DNA of 64,000 nt from Verrucomicrobiaceae bacterium (GTDB lineage Bacteria > Pseudomonadota > Gammaproteobacteria > Pseudomonadales > CAMLJR01), in the NCBI GenBank assembly GCA_028293825.1, contig JAQGNY010000010.1:384008-448007 (forward strand), given 5' to 3'. Position numbers and translations under genes: made by a program. Positions 17,740 to 27,122 of the stretch are shown piece after piece (positions within the stretch are counted from its first letter, which is position 1; each line of letters opens with the position of its first letter). The notes below the pieces were generated by a model. That model worked only from the letters and a program-made list of their open reading frames with translations. It was not told the origin of the DNA and searched no databases.

Positions 17740-19004
17740 TGCGGGTTTTCCTGCGTTGGATTTTGCTGTTCTTTCAGTTGCTGCGGCCTCTGTTCTTGCA
17801 GCCGGTTGCGGGTGTCGACGCTGGCTTCGACCGACATGCCGGGGCGCAGCCGGTCCGCCAGTGGCTGATCGGGGTCGATAGAAATACGCACCGCGATACG
17901 CTGCGCGACCTTGACGAAATTGCCGGTGGCATTGTCAGGGCGCAGCACTGCGAATTCGGAGCCGGCCGCCGGTGACAACTGCTCGACATGACCGTTGATG
18001 CGTTGATTGTCGAGCGCGTCGACACGAAACCGCACCGGTTGTCCGGGCACGATATGCGCGGTCTGTTCTTCCTTGTAATTGGCAATGACCCACACCTGCT
18101 GCGGCACCAGAAACATCAGCTGCGAGCCGGCGGTAACGTATTGGCCGACGCGCACGCCGATTTCGCTGAGACGGCCGGCGCGCGGCGCGATGATCGCGGT
18201 GTTGGCGAGATCGATTTCCGCTAGATGCAGCGCCGCTTCCGAATTGGCGACCGCCGCTTCCAGCCCAGCGCGATTGACGTCGACCGATTTCACATCCTGC
18301 CGCGCAATTTCGCGCGACGATTTCGCTTGCTCGACTGCCGCTGCGGCCTGATGCAGTGCGGCGACGGTCTGATCGCGCTCGCGCTGCGAGACCGAACCGT
18401 CCGTAACCAATTCGTCCACGCGTTTCAGATCGGCGCGCGCGCGTTCGAGTTGCGCCTGCGCATTGGCCAGCGCGGCGCCTTGCGCTTCCAGATTGGCGGC
18501 GCGCGATTGTTTGTTCTGCGTGTAATTGTTGAGATTGGCGAGCTGGCCGTCGCGCGCCGCGCGCGCCTGTTCGACGCGTTGCCGAAAGATACGGTCGTCG
18601 ATCTGCGCCAACGGTTGCCCGGCTTGCACGGTGTCGAAATCGCGCACGGCGACGGTGGTGATGTAGCCGCTCAATTGCGGGCTGACCACCGTGGTTTGCC
18701 CGCGCACATAGGCGTTGTCGGTGTTCTGAATATGGCCCGTAAAAGGCGGCAGCCGCCACGCGTATAACACCACCAGCACGCCGACCACCGCTAAAGTGAT
18801 GGCGACGATACTGCTGAACGCGTTGAGTTTGGGCGGCATCCACGCCGATGGGCCTTCCTGCGGCACCGGTTCGGGGCTGGCGATATCGGGCTGCGACGGC
18901 ACCGGTGGCAGCGGCGCCTGCTCGGATGGCGTGTTCGCGGTTTTGTCGCCGGCGGCATTATTTTTGGGACCATCGGGGTCGGGCGGAAAATTGTTTTCGT
19001 TCAT
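17736..19004 (-). CDS. HlyD/EmrA family membrane fusion protein
   Basis: 422 aa. It has one N-terminal TM helix, a long coiled coil ('AQLERARADLKRVDELV...') and beta-barrel/lipoyl motifs ('VSPQLSGYITTVAVRD', 'IIAPRAGRLSEIGVRVGQYV'). ATGA overlaps link it on both sides. Confidence 0.9.
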   Translation of the reverse strand: MNENNFPPDPDGPKNNAAGDKTANTPSEQAPLPPVPSQPDIASPEPVPQEGPSAWMPPKLNAFSSIVAITLAVVGVLVVLYAWRLPPFTGHIQNTDNAYVRGQTTVVSPQLSGYITTVAVRDFDTVQAGQPLAQIDDRIFRQRVEQARAARDGQLANLNNYTQNKQSRAANLEAQGAALANAQAQLERARADLKRVDELVTDGSVSQRERDQTVAALHQAAAAVEQAKSSREIARQDVKSVDVNRAGLEAAVANSEAALHLAEIDLANTAIIAPRAGRLSEIGVRVGQYVTAGSQLMFLVPQQVWVIANYKEEQTAHIVPGQPVRFRVDALDNQRINGHVEQLSPAAGSEFAVLRPDNATGNFVKVAQRIAVRISIDPDQPLADRLRPGMSVEASVDTRNRLQEQRPQQLKEQQNPTQENPQ

Positions 19005-20698
19005 GAGTTCTGCACTTTGTCTGTGGTCACGGGTTCTATCGTCACGGGGGTCACGGGCGATGCGGTGGAACTAGAGGCGGCGGCTTGGCGCAGCTGGCGG
19101 TGATAGCGAACATAGTGAATGCCGAACCAGATCAACGTCAGCGCGGCGAGTCCGCCGATCAGCAGGAAGGTGTCGTTGAAGGCGAGCACGTTGGCCTCGC
19201 GCGTGACCTGCTGCGCAAACAGCGCGCTGCCCTGCGCCTGACGCAGCGTCGGATCGCCGATCACTTTGCCGTAGGCGCCGGCGCTACTTTGCAGTCGCGC
19301 GGCGAAGGTCGGATTGGCCAGCGTCAGTGCGCTGACCAGTTCGTGCGACCAGTATTTTTCGCGCACCACCTGAAAGGTGCCGAGCAGTGCGCTGCCGAGC
19401 AAACCGCCGATGTTCTGGCAAATCCCGAACAGCGCGGAGAAGCTGACTACATAAGCCGGTCCCTGCGCCAGTGCACGGGTGAGGCCGATCAGCAATGCGG
19501 GGCCGAGGAAAAATACCGCAGCGAAGGCGAGCAGCGATTGGCTGATCAACATCTGCGCCGGCCGGGTCAGGTTATTCGAATGCGCGTCGAGCCAGGCGCC
19601 GATCATGATAAGGAAGATCGATACCAGAATCGGCCAGCCGAGATTGCTCGGGCTCAGCGTCAGCGCGCTCAGCAGCACGCCGAGAAACGTCACCAGCGAA
19701 ATCACCCAGAACAGGTCGATCATCTGATCATTGTTCAGCCCCAGCGCCTGCAGCAGACCGACCGAGCCGAACGTTTGTTCGGATAACAGCACGCGCATCG
19801 CCACCGCAACAATAGCAATGCGGATAATCGTCACGCTGCCGATCCAGCGCGTATTCAGCAGCGGATTCTTGCGGTGATGTTCGATCCACAGTGCCAGTGT
19901 CAGCATGACGATCGCACCGCACAGCGCGTAGCCGAGCCAGGCGGCCTCGGTCCACCACAGAATGCGGCCCTGGCCGAGCACCGCACTGAGCAGACCGACC
20001 CCGCCGACAAATAAAATAAAGGTCAGAAAGTCGAGTTTTTCGAACACCTTAATGCGCTCGCTCGGCGGCAGGCGCAGCAGCGTCACTCCCGCCAGCGATA
20101 GCATCGCCATGCCGAGCTCAAACATATACAGCGTGCGCCATTGGCCGAACTCGAGCAGGTCGGACGAAAAAATCCGCGCCAGTGGCGTCGCCAATTGCGG
20201 AATGCCAAGACCCAGCACCAGTCCTTTCAAACGCCACTTCGGCGGCATCGACTGCATCGAATACAGCAGGCCGAGCGTGCTCATCGCGCTGGCGGCGACG
20301 CCGCTGATCGCGCGCAACAGCAGTGCGCTGGCGAAGGTGTGCACCAGCAGATGCGCGCCAGTGGCGATGACGTAGAGGACGAGAAAAATACGCGCGAACC
20401 ACAGCAGGCCAAATTGCTGACGGAATTTGATCAGCAGCAGACTCATGCAGGCGTTGGTCATGATGTACGCGGTCGGCAGCCATGCGATTTCGTTGCTGTA
20501 GAGCCCCAGCGAACCCTGGATGTAGGTGAGGTTAACGCTGACCAGCGCGTTGCCGAGGCCGCCGGTGAGACCGACCAAGGCGCCGATCAGCAAATAGGCG
20601 ATACGCCGCCCGAGCGGGTGGTCCGGCGATGCCGGGGAGCCCGGTAGGGTCGGTCTTTCGTGCGGTTTGAATTGATATTCGCCGGTGGCGTTGCTCAT
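19001..20698 (-). CDS. MFS transporter (EmrB-like pump component of the tripartite system)
   Basis: 565 aa polytopic membrane protein. It is the first gene of the MFS-MFP-OMF operon, and the opposite-strand ORFs are GC shadows. Confidence 0.8.
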   Translation of the reverse strand: MSNATGEYQFKPHERPTLPGSPASPDHPLGRRIAYLLIGALVGLTGGLGNALVSVNLTYIQGSLGLYSNEIAWLPTAYIMTNACMSLLLIKFRQQFGLLWFARIFLVLYVIATGAHLLVHTFASALLLRAISGVAASAMSTLGLLYSMQSMPPKWRLKGLVLGLGIPQLATPLARIFSSDLLEFGQWRTLYMFELGMAMLSLAGVTLLRLPPSERIKVFEKLDFLTFILFVGGVGLLSAVLGQGRILWWTEAAWLGYALCGAIVMLTLALWIEHHRKNPLLNTRWIGSVTIIRIAIVAVAMRVLLSEQTFGSVGLLQALGLNNDQMIDLFWVISLVTFLGVLLSALTLSPSNLGWPILVSIFLIMIGAWLDAHSNNLTRPAQMLISQSLLAFAAVFFLGPALLIGLTRALAQGPAYVVSFSALFGICQNIGGLLGSALLGTFQVVREKYWSHELVSALTLANPTFAARLQSSAGAYGKVIGDPTLRQAQGSALFAQQVTREANVLAFNDTFLLIGGLAALTLIWFGIHYVRYHRQLRQAAASSSTASPVTPVTIEPVTTDKVQNS

Positions 20699-21156
20699 CG
20701 CGCAGTTATCTGCCTAAACACAACATTGGGTCTTAACAGCAAGATGGGACCTTAATGAGAGAGCGGAGAGCGAGTTACAGTAATTGACTTACTGCGGTGA
20801 GTCCATCGGCGCTAAGTGCGAAATCAAGCAAGCATCTACTCCGCTCTCCAGATATCAAACCGCTGAGCCCAGAAACAAACCAACGACCGATTTTCCCCGA
20901 TTCGTCCAGTTATGCCACCAATGATCTGACAGACGCGCACGGGTTGCTGATTGCGCACAATTGCCATTGCGCGTTGCATTCCAAATCAATTGTTTTGAAG
21001 CACATATCAATCGAATTTCGCCGAACGCTTTTGCCCCGTCGCTAGACTGGCGCCTGCAAAATCAGAGTGATGCGACAACGCATTCATCCATATGGTGTAA
21101 CGCCGAAAAATTTCGCGATTCGGCGCAGAGCCAATATAAAAATAATGGAGACACCC

Positions 21157-23484
21157 ATGAAGACTGCTTCAATCAATCTAATGTCCGTGGCGGCAATTGC
21201 ATCCACATCGCTTTTCCCCTTTGCTGCCAACGCGCAACAGAAAGAGCCCGAGGCACGCGCACAGCTGGAAGAGGTCTTCGTAACAGTGCGTCGAGAGACT
21301 GAAAACATTCAGTCGGTGCCGGTCTCGATTGTCGCTTTCAGTGCTGCAGCGCTGGAACAAAAAAACATTACGACTGCTGGCGATCTACAAACCGTAACGC
21401 CCGGTGTGTTTCTGGGCGGCAGCGGTATGAAAAACCCCAACGTCGTGTACTCGATTCGCGGTCAATCCAAAGCATTGGCTGGCCCGAGTTCACCGGCAGT
21501 CATTTCCTATTTTGCGGAAGTGCCGGAAATATCGATGGGCAGCACGGGCTCGCAGTACGATCTGGAATCCATCCAGGTATTGAAGGGGCCGCAAGGGACA
21601 TTGTTCGGTAGAAATACCACCGGCGGCGCCGTATTGATCTCACCGAAAGAGCCGACCTACACCTTTGGGGGGGATCTCTCGGTAAGCCTTGGTAATTACA
21701 ACGACCGCGAATTCAAGGGTGGCATCAGCATTCCCTTGATCGACAACAAATTAGCGATCCGCGTTGCCGGCGACGTGCAGAAGCGCGATGGGTTTGTGAA
21801 AGATATCGGCACCGATACCGATATTCAGAACATCAATAGCAAGGGTGGGCGTTTATCGGTGCTGTTCGATCCGGTCGAGGGCGTTTCGAACCTGGCCATT
21901 TTCGATTATTCCGAGGCCCACGAACGCTCCACCGCAACCGAGCTCGCCAACGTGGACCCGACGCCGACGAGCGTTGCCGGCCAGTTGGGATTTGGGCCCG
22001 ACCTGATCCAAAAATTCAAAGAGCAGCAGGCACTCGGTTTTTACAAGGTCAATTACAGCACGCCGCAATTTTCCAACATTCGCCGCACCGGGTTTACCGA
22101 TCGCCTGTCCATCGACCTCTCGGACAACTACGAGCTGATCAATATTTTTGGTTACCGTAAAAACATTCTGAACTACAACACGAATGTCGACGGTGTAGCG
22201 AACCTCGAGTCAACCTTTGTGCCCGGGCTGCCGGTGAAATTGATTTACGCCGAGAACTACGACAGCGCCAAACAGCTATCCGACGAGTTGCAAATTCGCG
22301 GTCGCGCCTTCGAGGAGAAGCTGGAATGGGTGGCCGGGTTGTTCTGGCTGAAGTCCGAGCCGACCGGTCCGGGCGGCACTCTGGTAGCTTTCGGCGAGCC
22401 ATTGGTAAGCTTGCTTACCGGTGCACCGGGCACGGCCGATTACAACTTCACGACGCAAACCAGCCGAGCTGTTTTCTTTAATGGCAAATACGATCTCGAC
22501 GAATGGCTGAGCGGGCTGCAGGCAAACATCGGTGTTCGTTATACCAAAGACAAAACGTCCTCATGCACCGGCGAGGCTCCGAATCCTGGCGACTTTGAGC
22601 TTAGCGACTGCAGTAATGGCAGCGGGCTGACTAACACCGCCACCATTACCACCAGCTCGAATGCAACCACTTGGAACCTTGGCCTGGAATGGCAGATTAA
22701 TCCCGATTTATTCACCTATATCGCAACGCGACACGGCTACCGCACCGGCGGTGCCAATGGCCCAACTCTGACCGGACCGCTCGCGCCGTATCAAACCTTC
22801 GACCCCGACACAGTGACCGATTTAGAGTTAGGCGTTCGCAATAACATGCATCTGGGAGACGCGTTGCTGCGTTCCAATATTTCAGTCTTCAGTGGCTGGT
22901 ATAAAGACGCGCAGATATCCCTCACCGGTTTAACCGCGTTTTTTAATCCGGCTCCCATGGGCGGCACTCTGCTGGTTAATGCAGGCAACACTCGCGTCAT
23001 GGGCGTGGATTTTATGTTTACGCTGGTGCCCACCGACCGTTGGACGATTGATGTGGGCGGTTCACTGCTCAAGCCCGATACGCTTAAAAATGATTTGCCC
23101 GACTTTTTGCGGCAAGAGCAATTCGTCGGTTCGGACCCCTCTCAAATTCCGTTTAACGGCGCCCCGAAGAAGAGCTTTACCAGCAGCGTCCGTTATGAGC
23201 TTCCACTCGCGGGTGATTTAGGCAAACTTGCCTTCGACGTGAATTATTACTTCAACGGGCAAATGGAATACGGCGCACAAACCATAGCGAGTTATGGCCT
23301 GTTAGGTGGCCGGATCGACTGGCGCAATATTGCCAAGAGCGGCGTGGACGTTGGCTTGTTCGGTCAAAACTTGGCGAACAAAGAATACTTCGGCAGCGGC
23401 GCCGCCGCGGGCGGCCTTGGCTTCGAAACATCGATGGTCGCAGCGCCGCGCATGTATGGCGTAGACGTGCGCTATCACTTTTAA
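21157..23484 (+). CDS. TonB-dependent receptor
   Basis: Signal peptide 'MKTASINLMSVAAIASTSLFPFAANA'. Plug motifs are 'LEEVFVTVRRETENIQSVPVSI' and 'IQVLKGPQGTLFGRNTTGGAV'. The beta-barrel ends '...GVDVRYHF'. GGAGA lies 5 nt upstream of ATG 21157. Confidence 0.9.
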   Translation: MKTASINLMSVAAIASTSLFPFAANAQQKEPEARAQLEEVFVTVRRETENIQSVPVSIVAFSAAALEQKNITTAGDLQTVTPGVFLGGSGMKNPNVVYSIRGQSKALAGPSSPAVISYFAEVPEISMGSTGSQYDLESIQVLKGPQGTLFGRNTTGGAVLISPKEPTYTFGGDLSVSLGNYNDREFKGGISIPLIDNKLAIRVAGDVQKRDGFVKDIGTDTDIQNINSKGGRLSVLFDPVEGVSNLAIFDYSEAHERSTATELANVDPTPTSVAGQLGFGPDLIQKFKEQQALGFYKVNYSTPQFSNIRRTGFTDRLSIDLSDNYELINIFGYRKNILNYNTNVDGVANLESTFVPGLPVKLIYAENYDSAKQLSDELQIRGRAFEEKLEWVAGLFWLKSEPTGPGGTLVAFGEPLVSLLTGAPGTADYNFTTQTSRAVFFNGKYDLDEWLSGLQANIGVRYTKDKTSSCTGEAPNPGDFELSDCSNGSGLTNTATITTSSNATTWNLGLEWQINPDLFTYIATRHGYRTGGANGPTLTGPLAPYQTFDPDTVTDLELGVRNNMHLGDALLRSNISVFSGWYKDAQISLTGLTAFFNPAPMGGTLLVNAGNTRVMGVDFMFTLVPTDRWTIDVGGSLLKPDTLKNDLPDFLRQEQFVGSDPSQIPFNGAPKKSFTSSVRYELPLAGDLGKLAFDVNYYFNGQMEYGAQTIASYGLLGGRIDWRNIAKSGVDVGLFGQNLANKEYFGSGAAAGGLGFETSMVAAPRMYGVDVRYHF

Positions 23485-23637
23485 CGGGTCTTTAATCTTT
23501 GGGTGACGTGTCTGAACTGCGGCATATTCGGCAGCGCGCCGGATTTGTCGGGGTTTGGGCGCAACATTCTCAAATATGATTGCTGGGTGGTCCTGCTGAG
23601 TTATCGCAGCAACCATCGATGTTGGAGTGATCTGCAA

Positions 23638-24423
23638 ATGAGCATGTGTCTACTGGGCAAGATTGCTGTAGTGACTGGCGCCGGGCGCGGTATCGGCCGG
23701 GCGATCGCTGAGCAATTCGCCGCCGAAGGAGCCAAGGTTGTCGTCGCCTCCCGCACAGCTGAGACGGTCGACGAGGTGGTGTCGGCCATTCGCAGTGCGG
23801 GTGGCGAGGCAATGGGTGTCCGCTGCGATGTAAGTGTCGTCAGTGATATCAACAGTGCCGTCGATTGCGCTGCCAAAACCTGGGGTGGCATCGACATCAT
23901 GGTCAACAACGCGCAAAGCTTTGGCACTAGAGAGAAGCCATTGTTGAAAACCGCGGACCGCGGCGTCGAAGAAGTTAGCGAAGAGGAGTGGGATTGGATC
24001 TACACCACCGGCCTCAAGGCCACACTGCGCTTCATGCAAGCCGTGTTTCCTCAGATGAAGGCTCGGGGCGGCGGCTCCATCATCAATTTTGGTTCGGCTC
24101 GGGGCATTTTATCCACGCCGATGACCTCTCCCTACAATGCCGCCAAGGAGGCTATCCGCAGCCTCAGCCGAACGGCAGCCAATGAATGGGGCGCTCACAA
24201 CATTCGCGTCAATGTGATTAACCCGGTCATCGATACCGATGCTTATCGGGAAGATATTTCCACTGAAGCGGGTCGCAAGGCCGTCGAAGCCATGATTCCG
24301 CTGCGCCGAGTCGGCACACCGCTGGAGGCCGCGCGGGTCGCGTTGTTTCTTGCAGGATCGGATTCAAGCTACATCACCGGCCAAAGTTTCGACGTTGACG
24401 GCGGGCTTGTGTCGCGCCCTTAG
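23638..24423 (+). CDS. SDR family oxidoreductase
   Basis: 'KIAVVTGAGRGIGRAIA' (TGxxxGxG), 'NNAQ', and 'YNAAKEA' (YxxxK). The start is ATG 23638 with GGAG upstream. Confidence 0.9.
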   Translation: MSMCLLGKIAVVTGAGRGIGRAIAEQFAAEGAKVVVASRTAETVDEVVSAIRSAGGEAMGVRCDVSVVSDINSAVDCAAKTWGGIDIMVNNAQSFGTREKPLLKTADRGVEEVSEEEWDWIYTTGLKATLRFMQAVFPQMKARGGGSIINFGSARGILSTPMTSPYNAAKEAIRSLSRTAANEWGAHNIRVNVINPVIDTDAYREDISTEAGRKAVEAMIPLRRVGTPLEAARVALFLAGSDSSYITGQSFDVDGGLVSRP

Positions 24424-24483
24424 CAGAATCCGACTTCCTTGGCGCACGAGCGCCTTATTCGTTATCCCAAGAAGGTAAAGACC

Positions 24484-25713
24484 ATGGAAAATCCGACATT
24501 GAATATGCCCCCCGCTGTACAAAATGCCTGGCAGGGGTATCTGGATGCGCTTGAATGCATCAGGGAATTTATCTACACCCGTGAGTTTTCCGATCGCCCC
24601 ATGGTGCGTAATCAGGCGACCCAATTCCTGATGCAGATGCAGGCGGCGTCTTACCAGTGGATTATTGCACCCCACGTCGACTATCCGCGTTTCTACCGTT
24701 ATTTATACGAGCCAATGAACTCGAACTGGGGCTTTCCATCGCCCGATTACGGCTATCGGTGGGGCTTCGTCGATGGCGCGCAGACCTATCGTATAAGCGG
24801 CAAGCGCAGCGACTGCGTGTTCCTCGACATCCAGGTCCAGCCGCTGTTCGGGATCGTGGAGGATGCCGAGTTCGTCAAGCTGCCGACGAAATCCTATCTT
24901 ATCGATGACATGCAATTGGAGGCCGATGGCAGTTTCGAGATTATCGCCAGCCCCAATCCCCATCCCGGCAACTGGATCAAGCTCGATCCCGAGCAGCACG
25001 TCATTGCGCTGTTCGTCCGCGAGACATTTTATGACTGGGGCAAGGCGCAGCCTTCCAAGATGTGGATCGACCGGCTCACCGACACGCCGGCGCGCCCGTT
25101 CCTGTCTGATGAGCCGACGCTAGTCGCAAAAATTGAACACGCTGCCCGCTTTGTTAAGTTCGTGGTCCGGGCGTGGGTGACGGCCGGGTTCGATCGGAGT
25201 TTGGCGGCGCAGGACCGTGAGTTCAACCGTTTTGCCATGCAGCATATCCCGGCCAATGCCGGCGGCAATCCGCTCGCCGTTTATCACAACATGATCTTTG
25301 CCTTGCAGGAAAACGAAGCGCTGATCATCGAAGTGGAAGCGCCAACCAGCCGCTACTGGAGCTTCGCCACAGCAAACCGTTACCTCCAGATCGCGGACTT
25401 TGTCTATCACCAGTCCAGTCTGAACGGGCATCAAGCGCGGCGAGACGCGGACGGCAAGTACCGTTTCGTCCTGTGCAAAGACGATATCGGCGCGCCGAAC
25501 TGGCTCGATCCGGTCGATACCGCGGAGCTGGGCATGATGCAGTTTCGCCAGTTTTACCAGGAGCAGGCCGTGGGGCTGCCGAAGGTGACCAGCGTCAAAT
25601 CGTCAGAAGCGTTTGCCGCGCTTCCTGCCGGCACCCCGTTCATTTCACCTGCGCAGCGGCGGACTCAGCTTGATCAGCGCAGTCGCGACGTACTGCAAAT
25701 CTATGGCTACTGA
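24484..25713 (+). CDS. DUF1214-like domain protein (tentative family), cytoplasmic paralog
   Basis: ~409 aa with no signal peptide. The C-terminal block 'NEALIIEVEAPTSRYWSF...DADGKYRFVLCKDDIGAPNWLD...GMMQFRQFY' fits the DUF1214 pattern as I recall it. It is a clear paralog of 62047..63507. Confidence 0.5.
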   Translation: MENPTLNMPPAVQNAWQGYLDALECIREFIYTREFSDRPMVRNQATQFLMQMQAASYQWIIAPHVDYPRFYRYLYEPMNSNWGFPSPDYGYRWGFVDGAQTYRISGKRSDCVFLDIQVQPLFGIVEDAEFVKLPTKSYLIDDMQLEADGSFEIIASPNPHPGNWIKLDPEQHVIALFVRETFYDWGKAQPSKMWIDRLTDTPARPFLSDEPTLVAKIEHAARFVKFVVRAWVTAGFDRSLAAQDREFNRFAMQHIPANAGGNPLAVYHNMIFALQENEALIIEVEAPTSRYWSFATANRYLQIADFVYHQSSLNGHQARRDADGKYRFVLCKDDIGAPNWLDPVDTAELGMMQFRQFYQEQAVGLPKVTSVKSSEAFAALPAGTPFISPAQRRTQLDQRSRDVLQIYGY

Positions 25714-25786
25714 ACGAATATTGAGCCGCCACGCAGCGGTTCTCTAAATTATAAATTTTTGCACGAGCCGAGGAGCTACAACAGGA

Positions 25787-26950
25787 ATGCTTACACAGTC
25801 AGGGTTTTTTGATGGCGCCGCGATTTTTGATCGTGTGGCGCAGGACACGGGTCTGAGCGCCTATGTCGATACGGCAGTTCGCCAACGGTTCATTGGCATC
25901 GTCGAGCAGTTCAACGAATTCGCCAAGCCGCGTCCAGACGCATTGGAAGGATCGCTACGCGATCTGCAGCGCATCGTCGAAATGCGGCTACAGGTCGCGC
26001 GCGACTGGGCCGAATATCCGGAAATCCTGGATGAAGAGATCGTGCAGCCGATGTTTGTCATGGGCTTCCCACGTGGCGGCACAACCTTGTCGCAAAAGCT
26101 ACTGTCGCTGGATTGGGGTCATCGCACCCCGCGCTACATGGACGGATTATTTCCGTCACCGCCGCCTGGCCTCGATCCCGATGCCGATGCCGAAGCGCTT
26201 AGAGCGACTGATATTTACACCCAGCACGTGATCGATCGCGAACCACTGGCACTGGTCTCCCATCCTTACTTCGATAAAGGTGCGATGGCCGAAGCAGAGG
26301 ACGAGTGGGCCGCTTGCCTCGACTTCCGCTTCGTCTATCCACTGCACTTCCAGAATACGCCCAACGTGCCCCCGACCTTGATGCCGGAGGACCCGCTCGC
26401 CCATTTTCAGTTCCAGAAAAAAATGATGCAGCAATTCCAGTGGAAGCGACCCACCCGCCGCTGGGTTGGAAAGGGCGTCCTGCATCACTACATCGCACCA
26501 TCGCTGTTCGAGGTCTTTCCGGACGCGATCGGCGTGTGGTGCCATCGCCCAATAGAGGAGCAGATTGCCTCGATCATTTCGATCAATAACATTTTCTACC
26601 AGCCGATTCGCGGCGCGGGTTGGGAGGAGAATCCAACCCAGATGGTGGAGGCGATGGAAGCCGGCGTGGAGGCGATGATCAACAGTCCCATGATGAACGA
26701 TCCGCGCATCTACCATCTGCGGTTTCGGGAGATGCTCAAGGATCCCGTTGCGGCGATCGCGGCTATTTACGAAGCACAAGGTCTGGAATTCACCTCCTAC
26801 TTTGAGAACCGCATCCGCACTTGGATGGAACATCCGGCCAACAAGGTGGATCGACATGGAAAATTCAGCCATTCCCCCGAGCAATACGGGCTCGACCGCA
26901 AAGAACTCGAGCGCATTTTCAAACCGTACAAGGATAAGTTTGGGCTGTGA
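25787..26950 (+). CDS. sulfotransferase family protein (Sulfotransfer_3-like)
   Basis: 387 aa. It has a 5'-PSB-like loop 'FVMGFPRGGTTLSQKLL' and a 3'-PB-like 'WCHRPIEEQIASIIS'. It is a close paralog of 58632..59789 (shared 'QFQWKxPTRRWVGKGVLH'). Confidence 0.75.
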   Translation: MLTQSGFFDGAAIFDRVAQDTGLSAYVDTAVRQRFIGIVEQFNEFAKPRPDALEGSLRDLQRIVEMRLQVARDWAEYPEILDEEIVQPMFVMGFPRGGTTLSQKLLSLDWGHRTPRYMDGLFPSPPPGLDPDADAEALRATDIYTQHVIDREPLALVSHPYFDKGAMAEAEDEWAACLDFRFVYPLHFQNTPNVPPTLMPEDPLAHFQFQKKMMQQFQWKRPTRRWVGKGVLHHYIAPSLFEVFPDAIGVWCHRPIEEQIASIISINNIFYQPIRGAGWEENPTQMVEAMEAGVEAMINSPMMNDPRIYHLRFREMLKDPVAAIAAIYEAQGLEFTSYFENRIRTWMEHPANKVDRHGKFSHSPEQYGLDRKELERIFKPYKDKFGL

Positions 26951-27122
26951 TTTGCCGGGCCTCTGGTGCCTGGTGATGCTCTGAGCATCGCGGCGCGTCG
27001 ACCGGCGAGCGCTGTCCATCGGACTCACGGCTGCATTCCGATTACGCCGGGAGGGTTAAAAAATCACAGCGGCCGCTGCAATGCGCACGACCGCTATCAG
27101 TGACTGCGAGGGCTGGCCGGAT

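Noticed and set aside
17935-18843. 302-aa minus-strand ORF, plus many other 60-180-aa ORFs on both strands, across the efflux operon (16.3-20.7 kb)
   Set aside because: They are Arg/Ala/Gly-rich, low-complexity translations lying in alternative frames of well-supported OMF/HlyD/MFS genes. These are typical shadow ORFs of GC-rich coding DNA.
26156-27028. 290-aa minus-strand ORF antisense to sulfotransferase 1; likewise 29565..30302 antisense to the kinase-like gene
   Set aside because: No recognisable domains, and each overlaps the full length of a plus-strand gene that has conserved motifs and paralogs.
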